NCBI RefSeq assembly: GCF_006345805.1
Contig: NC_043000.1
Location: 130,944,001 to 131,008,000 of the forward strand
DNA length: 64,000 bases
Reading direction: 5' to 3'
DNA from: Octopus sinensis
Taxonomy: Eukaryota
Numbering within the stretch: position 1 is the first letter of the stretch; each line of letters begins with the position of its first letter. Shown here piece after piece: positions 25,197 to 39,300 of the stretch. The notes beneath the pieces are model-generated. The model was not told the origin of the DNA and ran no database searches. It was given only the letters and a program-made list of their open reading frames with translations. Both the position numbers and the translations under genes were made by a program.

Positions 25197-26513
25197 TTGA
25201 CCAGCTGCAAGGAGCTCAACAAATTTTTTTTTCTTCTTTCTCTCTCTTTTCTTCCTTTCCTTCTTTTTCTTCAACACACCTTTCAGATACAAAAACACAC
25301 ACACACTTACACACACGCACACCCACACACACACACACACACGCACGCACACACACACACACACACACACACATGCTCTCTCTCACTTTCTCCCCATTCA
25401 TCACCCTCTTGTAGTATTTTATATCTCTCCCCACCACTACACACTCAATAACACAATAAAAAGAGTCAAAATTCCTGCAAGAACTTAGTTCAATTTGAAA
25501 ACTCCACAAGAATGGACGAAAGCACTAATATATGATATATGATATATGATGTATAAAAACATGTAATATACAAATAAATACATGTAAATATAAAACCATC
25601 CAAGTTTCTGAGTACCTCATTTCTTCTAATATAAAATACCTGTACATCTTCTCCAAACCTTCTAATATATATATATATAGGAACATTTTGTGGATCATAT
25701 AAGCCGTATTAATTTGAAATTCAAAAGTATCCCCGGTTTAGTACAAATTAATACTTGTAATTTAAATGTTTGTATGTAAAATGTGTACGTATACGGAAGC
25801 ATACATATACCCCTACATACATACATGCTTCTAAATAGGATTTTGTTTTTGAATTTTTATGCTGTTTTATCTATTCCTACATTCGTGCATACATACATTT
25901 ATGTGTGGTGTGTGTAGCAGAGATTCGAACACTTACCGCTAGTCACTCGGTTAGGGACCCGAGTGAACCACCAGAGTTCCACGTAATTGATCTATTATTG
26001 ACCAACCAGCGTGAAGTTGTGGCGTGATATGGCTTATTTAGACGGTCTCCAATTTACCTTCTGTTAACTCCATAAAAATAGTTTAGTACCTAGCTCGAGG
26101 TAGAATCCTGAGTGGTGCCGACTGATTCACATACTTCAATTCTTGTCAGGCAGACGACCTCTGGTATTCGAACAGGCAGCTTCCGACTTTTGAACAGACG
26201 GCTAGTTAATCGAACAGACCGACTCTGAAAAATCACGCGATGTCTCGTAAGTAGCTATACACACGGTCAGTTTTTCTCTTATCCAAGTCGGCAATTATAT
26301 CGTAAACATTTTTCACTGAAAATAGCCAACGCTGTCATGACGGGCAATAAATATTACAGTTAAATGTTCAACATTTTGGCTCAACATTTTTTACGCAACC
26401 AGCAAAGACATTCCACAAGCACACTACCACTTTGGTGATAAAGCGACTCAGACGTTTAAAATATATTATCATTAACTAGCTCAACACGAGCGCACAAGCA
26501 ACTTAACAACATG

Positions 26514-26552
<39 letters not shown>

Positions 26553-26557
26553 TACAC

Positions 26558-26597
<40 letters not shown>

Positions 26598-26781
26598 ATA
26601 CAAGTGAGAAGACAAACAAAAGAATGGTGTTCAACCATTTTGCTGTAAGTTACATGTATGAGTCATCCATGATTTCAAATTTTGATACAAAGCTAGCAGT
26701 TTCGGGAAAGGGATAAGATGATACTTATTTTGTCGACCCCGAAAAGGATGAAAGGCAAAACCGCTTTAACCATAATGATTC

Positions 26782-26824
<43 letters not shown>

Positions 26825-26842
26825 AATAATAATAATAATAAT

Positions 26843-26909
<67 letters not shown>

Positions 26910-27255
26910 GTGTGGTAAGAAGCCTGTCTTCTTATCATATGGTCGCGGGTTCAGTCCCACTGCGTAGCATCTTGGGCAAGTGTCTTCTTTTATAGCCTCG
27001 GGCCGACCAAAGCCTTGTGAGTGGATTTGATAGGTCGGAAACTGAAAGAAGCCCGTTGTATATCTATATATTTGTGTGTGTGTGTTTGTCCCCCTTCCAT
27101 CGCTTCACAACCGATGTCGGTGTGTTTACCTCCCCGTAACTTAGCGGTTTGGCATAATCGACCGACTGAATAAGTACTAGGCTTACAAAGAATAAGTCTT
27201 TGGGTCGATTTGTTCGACTAAAGGCGGTGCTCAAATGAGTCAAACAAGTAAAAGA
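26910..27255 (+). mobile_element. Family C SINE
   Basis: Matches 7671-8113. Confidence 0.85.
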
Positions 27256-27271
27256 ATACGGGAATATATAC

Positions 27272-27305
<34 letters not shown>

Positions 27306-27320
27306 ATATGTATGTGTATG

Positions 27321-27394
<74 letters not shown>

Positions 27395-27699
27395 TATATA
27401 TATATATACATACATATACATATACATATACATACATACAGATGGATAGCTAGCTAGATAGATAGATAGATACATACATACATACATACATACATACATA
27501 CATACATAAATACATACATACATGCATACATATTAATAATTGCTTATATATTGTGTCATCGGGACCGTGAATCTAGCATCCAGAATGTCCTTAGGCACTC
27601 ACGCACCCTCCCCCCCTCAACCAGTGAGGTAACAAGATTGATGGATATTCCATTTTAACACTCTATAGAGTTTTAGCGGCGCGACTGCTGGCATCGACG

Positions 27700-28330
27700 A
27701 AAACGAACTAGCTATTAATGTAAGGCCTTTGGTTCAGAGACTGCTTTGTATAATTTCTAGAATACTTTGACCTTGCAGTGCTACCGAGGGGCTCACTCTA
27801 CAGTGCAGAAGTTCTGTTAGATGGGCCTGTCTGAGAGAAACCTTTCTGCATACACTCCTTAAGTGGTCGAGCATTGCTGAGTTCAGGAGTTATGTCGAAA
27901 TGGAGGGATCCTACTATCAACCTATTTCATTACTATGATAGCTCAACCGGCCTCCGTTGATGAGGAGGGAAAAGATATTTTCCTCTGTCTGCTGGTAATA
28001 GTAGGAATGGTTGGGTGGTGAATGTGGGTGAAAGGTATGAGAACAGGGACTTTCCTCTTTGACAGAGCCCTTATCGATTTCTTCAAGTTTTACTTGAAAA
28101 GGAAGGTAAGGATGTAGACGAAGATGCTGTTCTCAAGTTACTTTATTGAATGGTGACTGAGAGTGAAAGTGGCAAGAATGGATAGTCAGCTGTAAGTATA
28201 GGCCTGTAAGTTGAAGAGCAAAAGAACCTGGAGCTACCACTTGTCCTTAGTATTCAAGGAAATCTTGGATGGTGGAGTTTCACGTTTGGGCGTCGAACTC
28301 CTCCAGCTTCAGGAAGATTGCATCTTCATC
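27700..28330 (-). pseudogene. Highly decayed CR1/L2-like LINE relic
   Basis: Minus-strand TTTGCTCTTCAACTTACAGGCCTATA is homologous to 33100-33130, which reads LLFNLQAY (RT region); otherwise heavily mutated. Confidence 0.4.
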
Positions 28331-28889
28331 TGTTTTATTTTTTGCTGTCTACCATGTATAATTATATTTTATTTCCTTTTGTGGATATTGTTTACCTTGT
28401 ATACTTTTTCTGGTTATTAATCATTTCATTCCAGCTCCTCACACTTTATGTAGGCCTTTGTACTGTCACCCTTATCTGTGTCCCTGTCAGCAAATAGCAG
28501 AAATCAATATTAATCTTATTTTAATCGTTGTTATTGCTCTTCGGTGTCGTCACCATTGTAATAAATATTTTCTTCCTTTTAGAGTCTAAAATTATCCCCC
28601 GAAAACAAAACAATTTTGGATTCTTGGACAAAAATTTTCTTTATTATGTTTGGTATTTTTAAATTGGTATTTCTTATTATATTATCTCTATCATTACTAT
28701 TCATGCTATTCTGATGCTGTTATCGATGCGATAGATGTTGTTATCTTTGTTATAATTCTCATCTTTCCTTTCAAATGTCCTCCACACAGTTTTCGTTATC
28801 TTCAATATCATCATTTAATATCGTTGATTATTATTAACATTTTTATATTTATCATCAAAATCAGTACTATCCATATATCTATCTATCTA

Positions 28890-28921
28890 CCTATCATCAT
28901 CAACATCATCATCATCATCAA

Positions 28922-28979
<58 letters not shown>

Positions 28980-29005
28980 GTCGTCGTCGTCGTCGTCGTC
29001 CATCA
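28890..29005. repeat. (CAT)n/(CGT)n array
   Basis: Read directly from the sequence. Confidence 0.95.
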
Positions 29006-29196
29006 TCCTGATGTAAATAGTTTGTTTAGTATACAGTATTTTGTTGTTGGGTTTTCTCGTATTCAGCCATCAAGTACAAGCATTTTGTCAGGACAAAATT
29101 CCAACCCTCTGCAAGCTGAAAACGTACGAATCATAAATCAAGCGGTGTCTCATAACTGTAAACATTTCTAGTCTAATATATATATATATATACATA

Positions 29197-29345
29197 CTTT
29201 ATTTAAAGCAGCAGAAAATTCAACAAAACCTGTTACTTTGAGTTTCACGTTGCCGTTCATCGGACAGTTTTTGCTGAATTTTCTGCTGCTTTAAATAAAG
29301 CATATTACTTTTTTCCACCTTGTTTCACATTTATGTGTTTACTCC

Positions 29346-29347
<2 letters not shown>
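29197..29347 (-). mobile_element. Short element with a perfect 26 bp inverted repeat enclosing a hammerhead-like motif (29230-29267)
   Basis: CTTTATTTAAAGCAGCAGAAAATTCA at 29197-29222 versus its reverse complement at 29275-29300; minus strand CTGT-CCGATGA-ACG-GCAA-CGT-GAAA-CTCAAAG-TA|ACAG. Confidence 0.7.
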
Positions 29348-29402
<55 letters not shown>

Positions 29403-30166
29403 TATATATATGTATGTATATAACGCATATTTTACTCTACTGAATTCCTACCTGCTTTCCTCACTTCCAAAAGTTGATTGAAACACAATAAGCAACTCAT
29501 CAATCGTATTGACTCCTCTTCTTTGATAAGCTTCATTAAAGCTTTTGTAGGTCAAGATTTGGTGGAGACTCACTTTTATATGTCATCCACCAGTGTTCTC
29601 ACTCCTTCGTGAACTTCGAAAAAAATATTTCATTTGATATCAGTGACACCTCCACTTGCACGCGCACCTCATAACAGTTTACACCAGCCTTTCATTTTGA
29701 AAATCGAAACCGTATTCTCAGACTTCACCATTACAAACGTATGTGAAGGGAGCTCTACTCTGCCCAACTCTATCAACGTTAGTGTGCGTAAGGTTCTTTA
29801 ATGCCTTCATACATTTACATTTATGTTTTAACGACTTACTTGCAGTTCCTCCTTACTTGCTGCAGTTGTTATATACAACTGCGGCAAGTAAGCCTTTACG
29901 AACGTCTATGCAAATTATGATATCCATTTCTACTTTTTAATCATTTGCCCATTAACATTATCCACAGTCAACATAATTACCGTACACCAGACATACGCTA
30001 ACACCAGTAACAATGACACTGGGAACAGTTTTTTTTTTTTAATGGGGACATAATGACTTAATCTCATTCAACAGTACCTAAGTAATATCACTACATATAT
30101 CAAGGCAATGAAATTGTGAACAACCTGCAAATGTCGTGAACAACGGAACTGAAACTTTAAAAAAAA

Positions 30167-30427
30167 TAATAATAAATGCGCCCTTTTAAAGCCTAGTCAG
30201 GCTCATGGGCCCGGTTTCCCGGTTTCTATGACATATGTGTTCCCCAGCTGGACGGGACGCCAGTCCATCGCAGCGTTACTCATTTTTGCCAGCTGAGTGG
30301 ACTGGAGCAATGTGAAATGAAGTGTTTTGCTCAAGAACACAACGCGTCGCCCAGTCCAGGAATCGAAACCACAATCTTACGATCATGATGCTGACACCCT
30401 AACCACTAAGCCACGCGTAGGCTTCAC
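30167..30427 (-). mobile_element. SINE, head H2 (CAT in the anticodon-like loop, CORE-like body) with tail T2
   Basis: Head GCGTGGCTTAGTGGTTAGGG; body GTGTTCTTGAGCAAAACACTT..CTCCAGTCCACTCAGCTGGC; sister copy at 55539-55799. Confidence 0.85.
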
Positions 30428-30675
30428 AATGTGTAGCGATTTATTATGTCTCCCTCTTCCCTCCCTCACAGATATACAGCATCAAAAGCATCACATTACA
30501 AAGATTTAAAACTCACTTTAAAATTATGGCATATTTCAGCTCTGATCAATAGCTGACTGCTACAAGAATTAAACAAGATCTACATTAGAATACTGCTCAT
30601 GTGCATGGGACACAGCTGCTACTGATGATGCTGATGCTGCTGATGCTGCTGATGTCGCCGCTGCTGTTACTGCTG

Positions 30676-31042
30676 CTGTTGCTGTTGAGCGAAGCGGTCT
30701 TCGTCTCAGAGCTCGCAGTGGGAGAAGTCTAAATCGTGGTCCTTTGCTATTCGTAAGACCCGCAGAAGAGAAAGCAGGTCAACCCCCGACACCGAGAGCA
30801 TCGACGGATTGATGAATGCGCATCCAGGCGTAGGAAGTCGGGGACAAGCAACAGGAAGAAAGAGTGAGAGAAAGTTGGGGCGAAAGAGTGCAACAGGGGT
30901 CGCCACCACCCCCTGCCGGAGCCTCGTAGAGCTTTAGGTGTTTTCGCTCAATAAACACAGACAACGTCCGGTCTGGAAATCGAAACCACGTTCCTCCGAC
31001 CGCGAGTCCGCTGCCCTAACCACTGGGCCATTGCGCCTCCAC
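30676..31042 (-). mobile_element. SINE, head H1 with tail T4 (left parent of the tandem duplication)
   Basis: H1 head; distinct tail GGTCTTACGAATAGCAAAGGACCACG..CTTCGCTCAACAGCAAC. Confidence 0.85.
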
Positions 31043-32820
31043 TGCTGCTGTCACTACTGCGGCTAACACGATCATCTTTAAATTCATCAAATAATCTGGC
31101 CGATTGGCAATGATTCACATAACTATACCCTGCAATCACTGACTCACGGCGTACAGTTTAACTTCTTTGCTCCCTTCTAGCACTTTTAAGTGTATATTGT
31201 TTGTGAGTAGGGTGTGTATAATGCCAGTCTTTTCCCATGAAATGTATAGTGATTGTTTTGGTGGTGTTTGACATAACCAAAATGTCTTCTCTTAAAAAGA
31301 TATTTCCGAAGTAATCAATTCATGAAAGTTGTATAGGTGTATTTTGAAATGTCACAATTGGGTGCAAATTATATTTATAACTAGAAGGATAAAAAGGAAT
31401 TAAGGTCGGTCTTACCTGCACAAGAGTTAGTATTGTAAAAAGTGACTTCTAAAATCGTATTTTTATAGAAAAACAAAACAGTTGTTTGTAACATTACCGA
31501 AAGGTCACATCAAGTTGACAGCGTGCGTGGGGAGAGACCCATTCAATGGCAGTTTAATTTTTTATAGAGAGAACAGCATTGCTTTTCATCAATACTTACA
31601 AGGTAAGCAGATAAGTTTCAATTAGGAATGTAAATTTAGGTTGGGAAAAGATGAGAAGGGATCTTTCTAGGTGAGCAGAGCACTGAAATACAATGTTTTT
31701 CAAACAGAAGTGTCAGAAAATTGGATGCAATTTGCATGTTTGAAGAGCTAAGAGGTCGGACAATATTCAGCGACATATTTTTCTCGATGGTTTTCTATCA
31801 GTTTGTCGAGGTGAGAGGATTTCTCAAGACACTGTTGACAGCAGAAATGATCGCGTTTGAGTGATTCGTATAGCATGAAGGATTAAAATATGTGATTTGT
31901 GTTTTACTCTACATATATTGGAATAGAAGAGAGAAAGGTTCCTGACAATAATAACTTCACATACACCAATGTTTTACAGATGACCCTGATTTACTGATAT
32001 TTAACCAATCTACATGTAGTCGCTACACTAAACGGCAGTCGCATTTTCAAATATAACCGAAACAAAATCTTAACAAAACATACTGTAAGAAGCAATATCG
32101 CTAAAAGTTCTTTTTTCCAGATTTCTCTATTTGCATTTTTGTCTTAGCAATTCTTGCTGAACACCTATAACTTGGTGTTATATATGTATAGTAATCTCTC
32201 GCCATATCGCGGCTCATTTATCACGGTTTATTATTTAAGCTTTCGTCGATTCCTCCGTGGTTTTGTTTTGCATTTATAATAAAATAAATATATACAAATT
32301 ATAAAAATATATTTTTTTAAATATACAGTGCAGTAATGTTTCTACTTCGCAGATTTCCACCTATCACGGGGGGTTCCGGAACGTAACACCCGCGATATTC
32401 GAGGGGTTACTGTATTCAGATTTGAGGATGTTTTCTTTTATTTATTTCTCTTTAGTTCTTGAAACAAAGCGAAATTAAAACATAATAACCTAAAAATGCA
32501 AAATTTTCTGATGACAATAGCTTTGATTTCTTATATACGTACAAGCCAATGATTTAATCGATTTTATCGAATTCAATATTTCACTGACACTTATAATATC
32601 GATACTAGATATCTGAAAATTCCAATGGGATTTGAGATCACTATATAAAGGTACGTGACTAAATTTATTTTAATAATCTAACGCCCCCAACAATAATCCA
32701 TTCTGCTGTTATAGGCACAAGGCCTGAAATTTAGGGGGGGGGCAAGTCGACTACACCCACCCCAGTGCTCGACACCGAAAAGAAAAGTAACGTCGACAGT
32801 GGGAAATAAATAAATAAAAA

Positions 32821-32992
32821 AGGTGAAAATAGTTCCAGTTATTGTTGAAGCCTTGGGGACAGTGTTTTTGAGGTATTAAGAGGGATTTAAAGGAAATCGG
32901 AAGAACAGATAGCATGGTACCGTAGGCTGCACGTAGCAAGTCCGCTCTTCATGCAAGACTCCAGGAGTTTCGACAAAACCTGAGTTAAAAGA
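32821..32992 (+). pseudogene. Decayed 3' end of an RLE-type LINE (second copy at about 38145-38318)
   Basis: KVKIVPVIVEALGTV resembles KTETIPIIVGALGMI of the Dong-type element; followed by (TGA)n. Confidence 0.45.
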
Positions 32993-33094
32993 ATGATGAT
33001 GATGATGATGATGATGATGCAATCATCTTGATATAGACGAGGGTCCTCTAAGTATAAACTCAGCATCCAAGATCTCACTAAACCTCAAGAGTAA

Positions 33095-33250
33095 TTACTC
33101 TCTCCAGTTTTGCTCTTTAACTTACAGGCTTATAATTCATGTGGAACACTCCTCTCCGGCCTTTCTCGCCGCTTTCACCTACCTTTCAATAAATTCACTC
33201 GAGGACGGCACTTTCTTCTCCGTCCTCACCGTCTTTTTCAGATGAAACTT
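33095..33250 (+). pseudogene. CR1/L2-like RT fragment (second copy at about 38420-38570)
   Basis: VLLFNLQAYNSCGTLLSGLS resembles the LLxKLxAYG..G.LLxW region of jockey/CR1-type RTs. Confidence 0.4.
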
Positions 33251-33313
33251 CAAGAAGCTAATGAGTGTTTTACCAAAGAAGAGATTATCTCTCCTTATAC
33301 TTTTTAGCCTATA

Positions 33314-33713
33314 AGCGTAGGAGTGGATGTGTGGTAAGTAGCTTGCTTACCAGCCACATGGTTCCGGGTTCAGTCCCACTGCGTGGAACCTTGGGCAAGT
33401 GTCTTCTACTATAGCCTCGGGCCGACCAAGACCTTGTGAGTAGATTTGATAGACGGAAACTGAAAGAAGCCCGTCGTATATATGTATATATATATATGTA
33501 TGTATGTGTATGTGTTTGTGTGTTTGTCCCCCCCCCAACATCGCTTGACAACCGATGCTGGTGTGTTTACGCCCCCTTAACTTAGCGGTTCGGCAAAAGA
33601 GACCGATAGAATAAGTACTGGGCTTACAAAGAATAAGTCCTGGGGTCGATTTGCTCGACTAAAAGCGGTGCTCCAGCATGGCCACGGTCAAATGACTGAA
33701 ACAAGTAAAAGAG
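33314..33713 (+). mobile_element. Family C SINE (duplicated at 38637-39032)
   Basis: Matches 7671-8113. Confidence 0.88.
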
Positions 33714-34659
33714 TTACCCACAGTACAACTTATTTCGCTACAGCTACCTGACAGAGGAAAACTGCCTCTTCTGCTCGGTTAAAGGCAGGTGCGAAGGAAT
33801 CATCCTGACTCATGCTGGTTTTCTCATACAGAACTATATTTGATACGAAACTATATTCCAGACAAACTAAAGAGAATTCGCCATTTCAAGAAAGAAATTG
33901 ATATTCCGTTTCACTGGTTCAATAGGTGCAAAATACTACTCGAAAAAGAGAACAAACACCATGATAACGTGCTTCAACCTATATGATCTGAAGTAAATAT
34001 TTGAAGCCACTGTAAAATAAGAACTAGCATGTGAAAGGTAAAACTTCAAGGAAACAATCTAACAAAAATTAATAGAATATTTTAGCATCGAAATAGACTC
34101 ACAAAAGAACTGATTTCAGAGTTGTCCATAAATAAAAAAAGATCATGTTTTATAATCAAAATTACTATACCGACATTGCTATCCTTATATTACCCTTAAA
34201 GAATTCGATAAAAATTATTATTACTTAGAGCAGAGGATGTAATCTGTAATTGACTGGAGTCTTTCCAAGAAAACAGTTATTTCTTTCTTCTGTTGCACAC
34301 GCTATGAACCGGAGCTAAATAACGGTTTTCAAGGTACGTATTTTTTCACTTTATTTTTACTCAGAACTTTAGTGTAAACTTTCAAAGATGAGAGAAAGAG
34401 GTAGAAATTTGATGATAGTGATAGAGTGGAAGCAATATTCTCTATTTCTATGAAGCTTTGTTCTGTTTCAAACAACAAGAAAAATTAGCATTAACAAAAT
34501 GACAAAAAATAAAACTACTCTACTTGAAACTTTTCATATCATGTGAGTAATTTTTGTCCTTCTGACATGATGGAGAGAAACTGAATTTACACTTCCCAGA
34601 AATTAACACAGATTCTGCATCGTAAATAGAAATAGTAATATTAATAATTCTTTTTACTA

Positions 34660-35435
34660 TAGGCACAAGGCCTGAAATTTGGGGGAGGGGATAGTCAATT
34701 ACATCGACCACTGGTACTTGATTTATTGACCTTGAAAGGATGAAAGGCAAAGTCTCCCTCGGCGGAATTTGAACTCAGAATGTAGTGACGGGCGAAATAC
34801 TGGATAATGATAATAATAGCTTCAAATTTTGGCATAGTGCCAGCAATTTTGGACTACGAGTTAAGTCAATTACAACAATTCCAGTGCTCAATTGCTATAT
34901 ACTTATTTTATTGACCACGAAAAGTATGAAAAGTAAAGTCGACCTCAGCGGAATTTGAACTCAGAAATTTGAACTGACGAAATAGCGCATTTGTACTGAC
35001 GAAATACCACAAATTATTTTGCCCGGTGTGCTAAGTTCTTTTCTACTCTAGGCACAAGGCCCGAAATTTTTTTTTGGGGGGGGGGTCAGGTCGATTAGAT
35101 CGACCCCCAATACATAACTGGTACTTAATTTATCGAGCCCGAAAGGACGAAAGGCAAAGTCGACCTCGGCGGAATTTGAACTTAGAAAGTAGCGACAGAC
35201 GAAATACCTATTTCGTTACCACCCACAAGGGGCTAAACACAGAGAGGACAAACAAGAACAGACAAACGGATTAAGTCGATTATATTGACCCCTGTGCGTA
35301 ACCGGTACTTATTTAATCGACTCCGGAAGGATGAAAGGCAAAGTCGACCTCGGCGGAATTTGAATTCAGAACGTAACGGCAGACGAAATACGGCTACGCA
35401 TTTCGCCCGGCGTGCTAACGATTCTGCCAGCTCGA
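34660..35435 (-). mobile_element. Cluster of family M SINEs including a dimer (duplicated at about 39975-40752)
   Basis: Four AAGTCGACCTCGGCGGAATTTGAA-type bodies in tandem. Confidence 0.85.
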
Positions 35436-35974
35436 CGGATACAATTTTATAAGGCTTCAATGGAGTAAACTGAACATGGTTCATTCTTCGTTCGATTATA
35501 CAACCTTGGAGAGATGAAAGACACTATTTTACTGTTTCCCAGATTCAGAATTAGTTGTAAAACCGAAACGCAACCTTATTAGAAAAGTAACATTCCAATA
35601 TTGCCAGAAATTCTTGAAAATAGGAAAGTAAATTATAAGAACAAAGTACTAATATGTTTTTAGATAAGGAAGCGAAGATAGATAATTATACCAACACAAA
35701 TACATTTGAATTAATTAACTTGTCGATATAGAATAAACAAAGGAAGAAAATGTTAGAATTAATAGAAGAATTTGATTAATACTTAGAACAGATAAGTACA
35801 TAAGAGGCAAAAATAAGGTAATAGATATTAATATTCTAATTATTTCAATGACGTGTTACAGATACGTCTCAAGTACAAGATAAATATATTAGAAAGACTA
35901 GATATATATTGAAGAAAAATGTTGACTACATATAGAATACATACCGGGATACAAAGATTATAGTTACCACGAAT

Positions 35975-36362
35975 GGATGGAAGCACTCCGTCGGTTACGA
36001 CGACGAGGGTTCCGGTTGATCCGAATCAACGGAACAGCCTGCTCGTGAAATTAACGTGTAAGTGGCTGAGCACTCCACAGACACGTGTACCCTTAACGTA
36101 GTTCTCGAGGATATTCAGCGTGACACAGAGAGTGACAAGGCCGACCCTTTGAAATACAGGTACAACAGAAACAGGAAGTAAGAGTGAGAGAGAGTTGTGG
36201 TGAAAGAGTACAGCAGGGATCACCACCATCCCCTGCCGGAGCCTCGTAGAGCTTTAGGTGTTTTCGCTCAATAAACACAGACAACGTCCGGTCTGGAAAT
36301 CGAAACCACGTTCCTCCGACCGCGAGTCCGCTGCCCTAACCACTGGGCCATTGCGCCTCCAC
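35975..36362 (-). mobile_element. Chimeric SINE at the duplication junction
   Basis: Matches the 41296-41683 SINE up to 36229 and the 30676-31042 SINE from 36241 onward. Confidence 0.92.
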
Positions 36363-39300
36363 TGCTGCTGTCACTACTGCGGCTAACACGATCATCTTTA
36401 AATTCATCAAATAATCTGGCCGATTGGCAATGATTCGCATAACTATACCCTGCAATCACTGACTCACGGCGTACAGTTTAACTTCTTTGCTCCCTTCTAG
36501 CACTTTTAAGTGTATATTGTTTGTGAGTAGGGTGTGTATAATGCCAGTCTTTTCCCATGAAATGTATAGTGATTGTTTTGGTGGTGTTTGACATAACCAA
36601 AATGTCTTCTCTTTAAAAAGATATTTCCGAAGTAATCAATTCATGAAAGTTGTATAGGTGTATTTTGAAATGTCACAATTGGGTGCAAATTATATTTATA
36701 ACTAGAAGGATAAAAAGGAATTAAGGTCGGTCTTACCTGCACAAGAGTTAGTATTGTAAAAAGTGACTTCTAAAATCGTATTTTTATAGAAAAACAAAAC
36801 AGTTGTTTGTAACATTACCGAAAGGTCACATCAAGTTGACAGCGTGCGTGGGGAGAGACCCATTCAATGGCAGTTTAATTTTTTATAGAGAGAACAGCAT
36901 TGCTTTTCATCAATACTTACAAGGTAAGCAGATAAGTTTCAATTAGGAATGTAAATTTAGGTTGGGAAAAGATGAGAAGGGATCTTTCTAGGTGAGCAGA
37001 GCACTGAAATACAATGTTTTTCAAACAGAAGTGTCAGAAAATTGGATGCAATTTGCATGTTTGAAGAGCTAAGAGGTCGGACAATATTCAGCGACATATT
37101 TTTCTCGATGGTTTTCTATCAGTTTGTCGAGGTGAGAGGATTTCTCAAGACACTGTTGACAGCAGAAATGATCGCGTTTGAGTGATTCGTATAGCATGAA
37201 GGATTAAAATATGTGATTTGTGTTTTACTCTACATATATTGGAATAGAAGAGAGAAAGGTTCCTGACAATAATAACTTCACATACACCAATGTTTTACAG
37301 ATGACCCTGATTTACTGATATTTAACCAATCTACATGTAGTCGCTACACTAAACGGCAGTCGCATTTTCAAATATAACCGAAACAAAATCTTAACAAAAC
37401 ATACTGTAAGAAGCAATATCGCTAAAAGTTCTTTTTTCCAGATTTCTCTATTTGCATTTTTGTCTTAGCAATTCTTGCTGAACACCTATAACTTGGTGTT
37501 ATATATGTATAGTAATCTCTCGCCATATCGCGGCTCATTTATCACGGTTTATTATTTAAGCTTTCGTCGATTCCTCCGTGGTTTTTGTTTTGCATTTATA
37601 ATAAAATAAATATATACAAATTATAAAAATATATTTTTTTAAATATACAGTGCAGTAATGTTTCTACTTCGCAGATTTCCACCTATCACGGGGGGTTCCG
37701 GAACGTAACACCCGCGATATTCGAGGGGTTACTGTATTCAGATTTGAGGATGTTTTCTTTTATTTATTTCTCTTTAGTTCTTGAAACAAAGCGAAATTAA
37801 AACATAATAACCTAAAAATGCAAAATTTTCTGATGATAATAGCTTTGATTTCTTATATACGTACAAGCCAATGATTTAATCGATTTTATCGAATTCAATA
37901 TTTCACTGACACTTATAATATCGATACTAGATATCTGAAAATTCCAATGGGATTTGAGATCACTATATAAAGGTACGTGACTAAATTTATTTTAATAATC
38001 TAACGCCCCCAACAATAATCCATTCTGCTGCTATAGGCACAAGGCCTGAAATTTAGGGGGGGGGGCAAGTCGACTACACCCACCCCAGTGCTCGACACCG
38101 AAAAGAAAAGTAACGTCGACAGTGGGAAATAAATAAATAAAAAAGGTGAAAATAGTTCCAGTTATTGTTGAAGCCTTGGGGACAGTGTTTTTGAGGTATT
38201 AAGAGGGATTTAAAGGAAATCGGAAGAACAGGTAGCATGGTACCGTAGGCTGCACGTAGCAAGTCCGCTCTTCATGCAAGACTCCAGGAGTTTCGACAAA
38301 ACCTGAGTTAAAAGAATGATGATGATGATGATGATGATGATGCAATCATCTTGATATAGACGAGGGTCCTCTAAGTATAAACTCAGCATCCAAGATCTCA
38401 CTAAACCTCAAGAGTAATTACTCTTCTCCAGTTTTGCTCTTTAACTTACAGGCTTATAATTCATGTGGAACACTCCTCTCCGGCCTTTCTCGCCGCTTTC
38501 ACCTACCTTTCAATAAATTCACTCGAGGACGGCACTTCTTCTCCGTCCTCACCGTCTTTTTCAGATGAAACTTCAAGAAGCTAATGAGTGTTTTACCAAA
38601 GAAGAGATTATCTCTCCTTATACTTTTTAGCCTATAAGCGTAGGAGTGGATGTGTGGTAAGTAGCTTGCTTACCAGCCACATGGTTCCGGGTTCAGTCCC
38701 ACTGCGTGGAACCTTGGGCAAGTGTCTTCTACTATAGCCTCGGGCCGACCAAGACCTTGTGAGTAGATTTGATAGACGGAAACTGAAAGAAGCCCGTCGT
38801 ATATATGTATATATATATGTATGTATGTGTATGTGTTTGTGTGTTTGTCCCCCCCAACATCGCTTGACAACCGATGCTGGTGTGTTTACGCCCCCTTAAC
38901 TTAGCGGTTCGGCAAAAGAGACCGATAGAATAAGTACTAGGCTTACAAAGAATAAGTCCTGGGGTCGATTTGCTCGACTAAAGGCGGTGCTCCAGCATGG
39001 CCACGGTCAAATGACTGAAACAAGTAAAAGAGTTACCCACAGTACAACTTATTTCGCTACAGCTACCTGACAGAGGAAAACTGCCTCTTCTGCTCGGTTA
39101 AAGGCAGGTGCGAAGGAATCATCCTGACTCATGCTGGTTTTCTCATACAGAACTATATTTGATACGAAACTATATTCCAGACAAACTAAAGAGAATTCGC
39201 CATTTCAAGAAAGAAATTGATATTCCGTTTCACTGGTTCAATAGGTGCAAAATACTACTCGAAAAAGAGAACAAACACCATGATAACGTGCTTCAACCTA

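Noticed and set aside
25484-25530. TTGAAAA-CTCCA-loop-TGGAC-GAAA (possible U3-A8 variant hammerhead)
   Set aside because: Helix I is only 2 bp and helix III only 1 bp; compatible with chance.
29460-29800. Possible second mariner N-terminal relic on the minus strand
   Set aside because: Similarity is too weak to support by eye; it needs an HMM search.
33789-33986. 65 aa non-repetitive ORF (also 39108-39305) inside the duplication
   Set aside because: Starts at GTG, has no recognisable domain and no convincing splice context.
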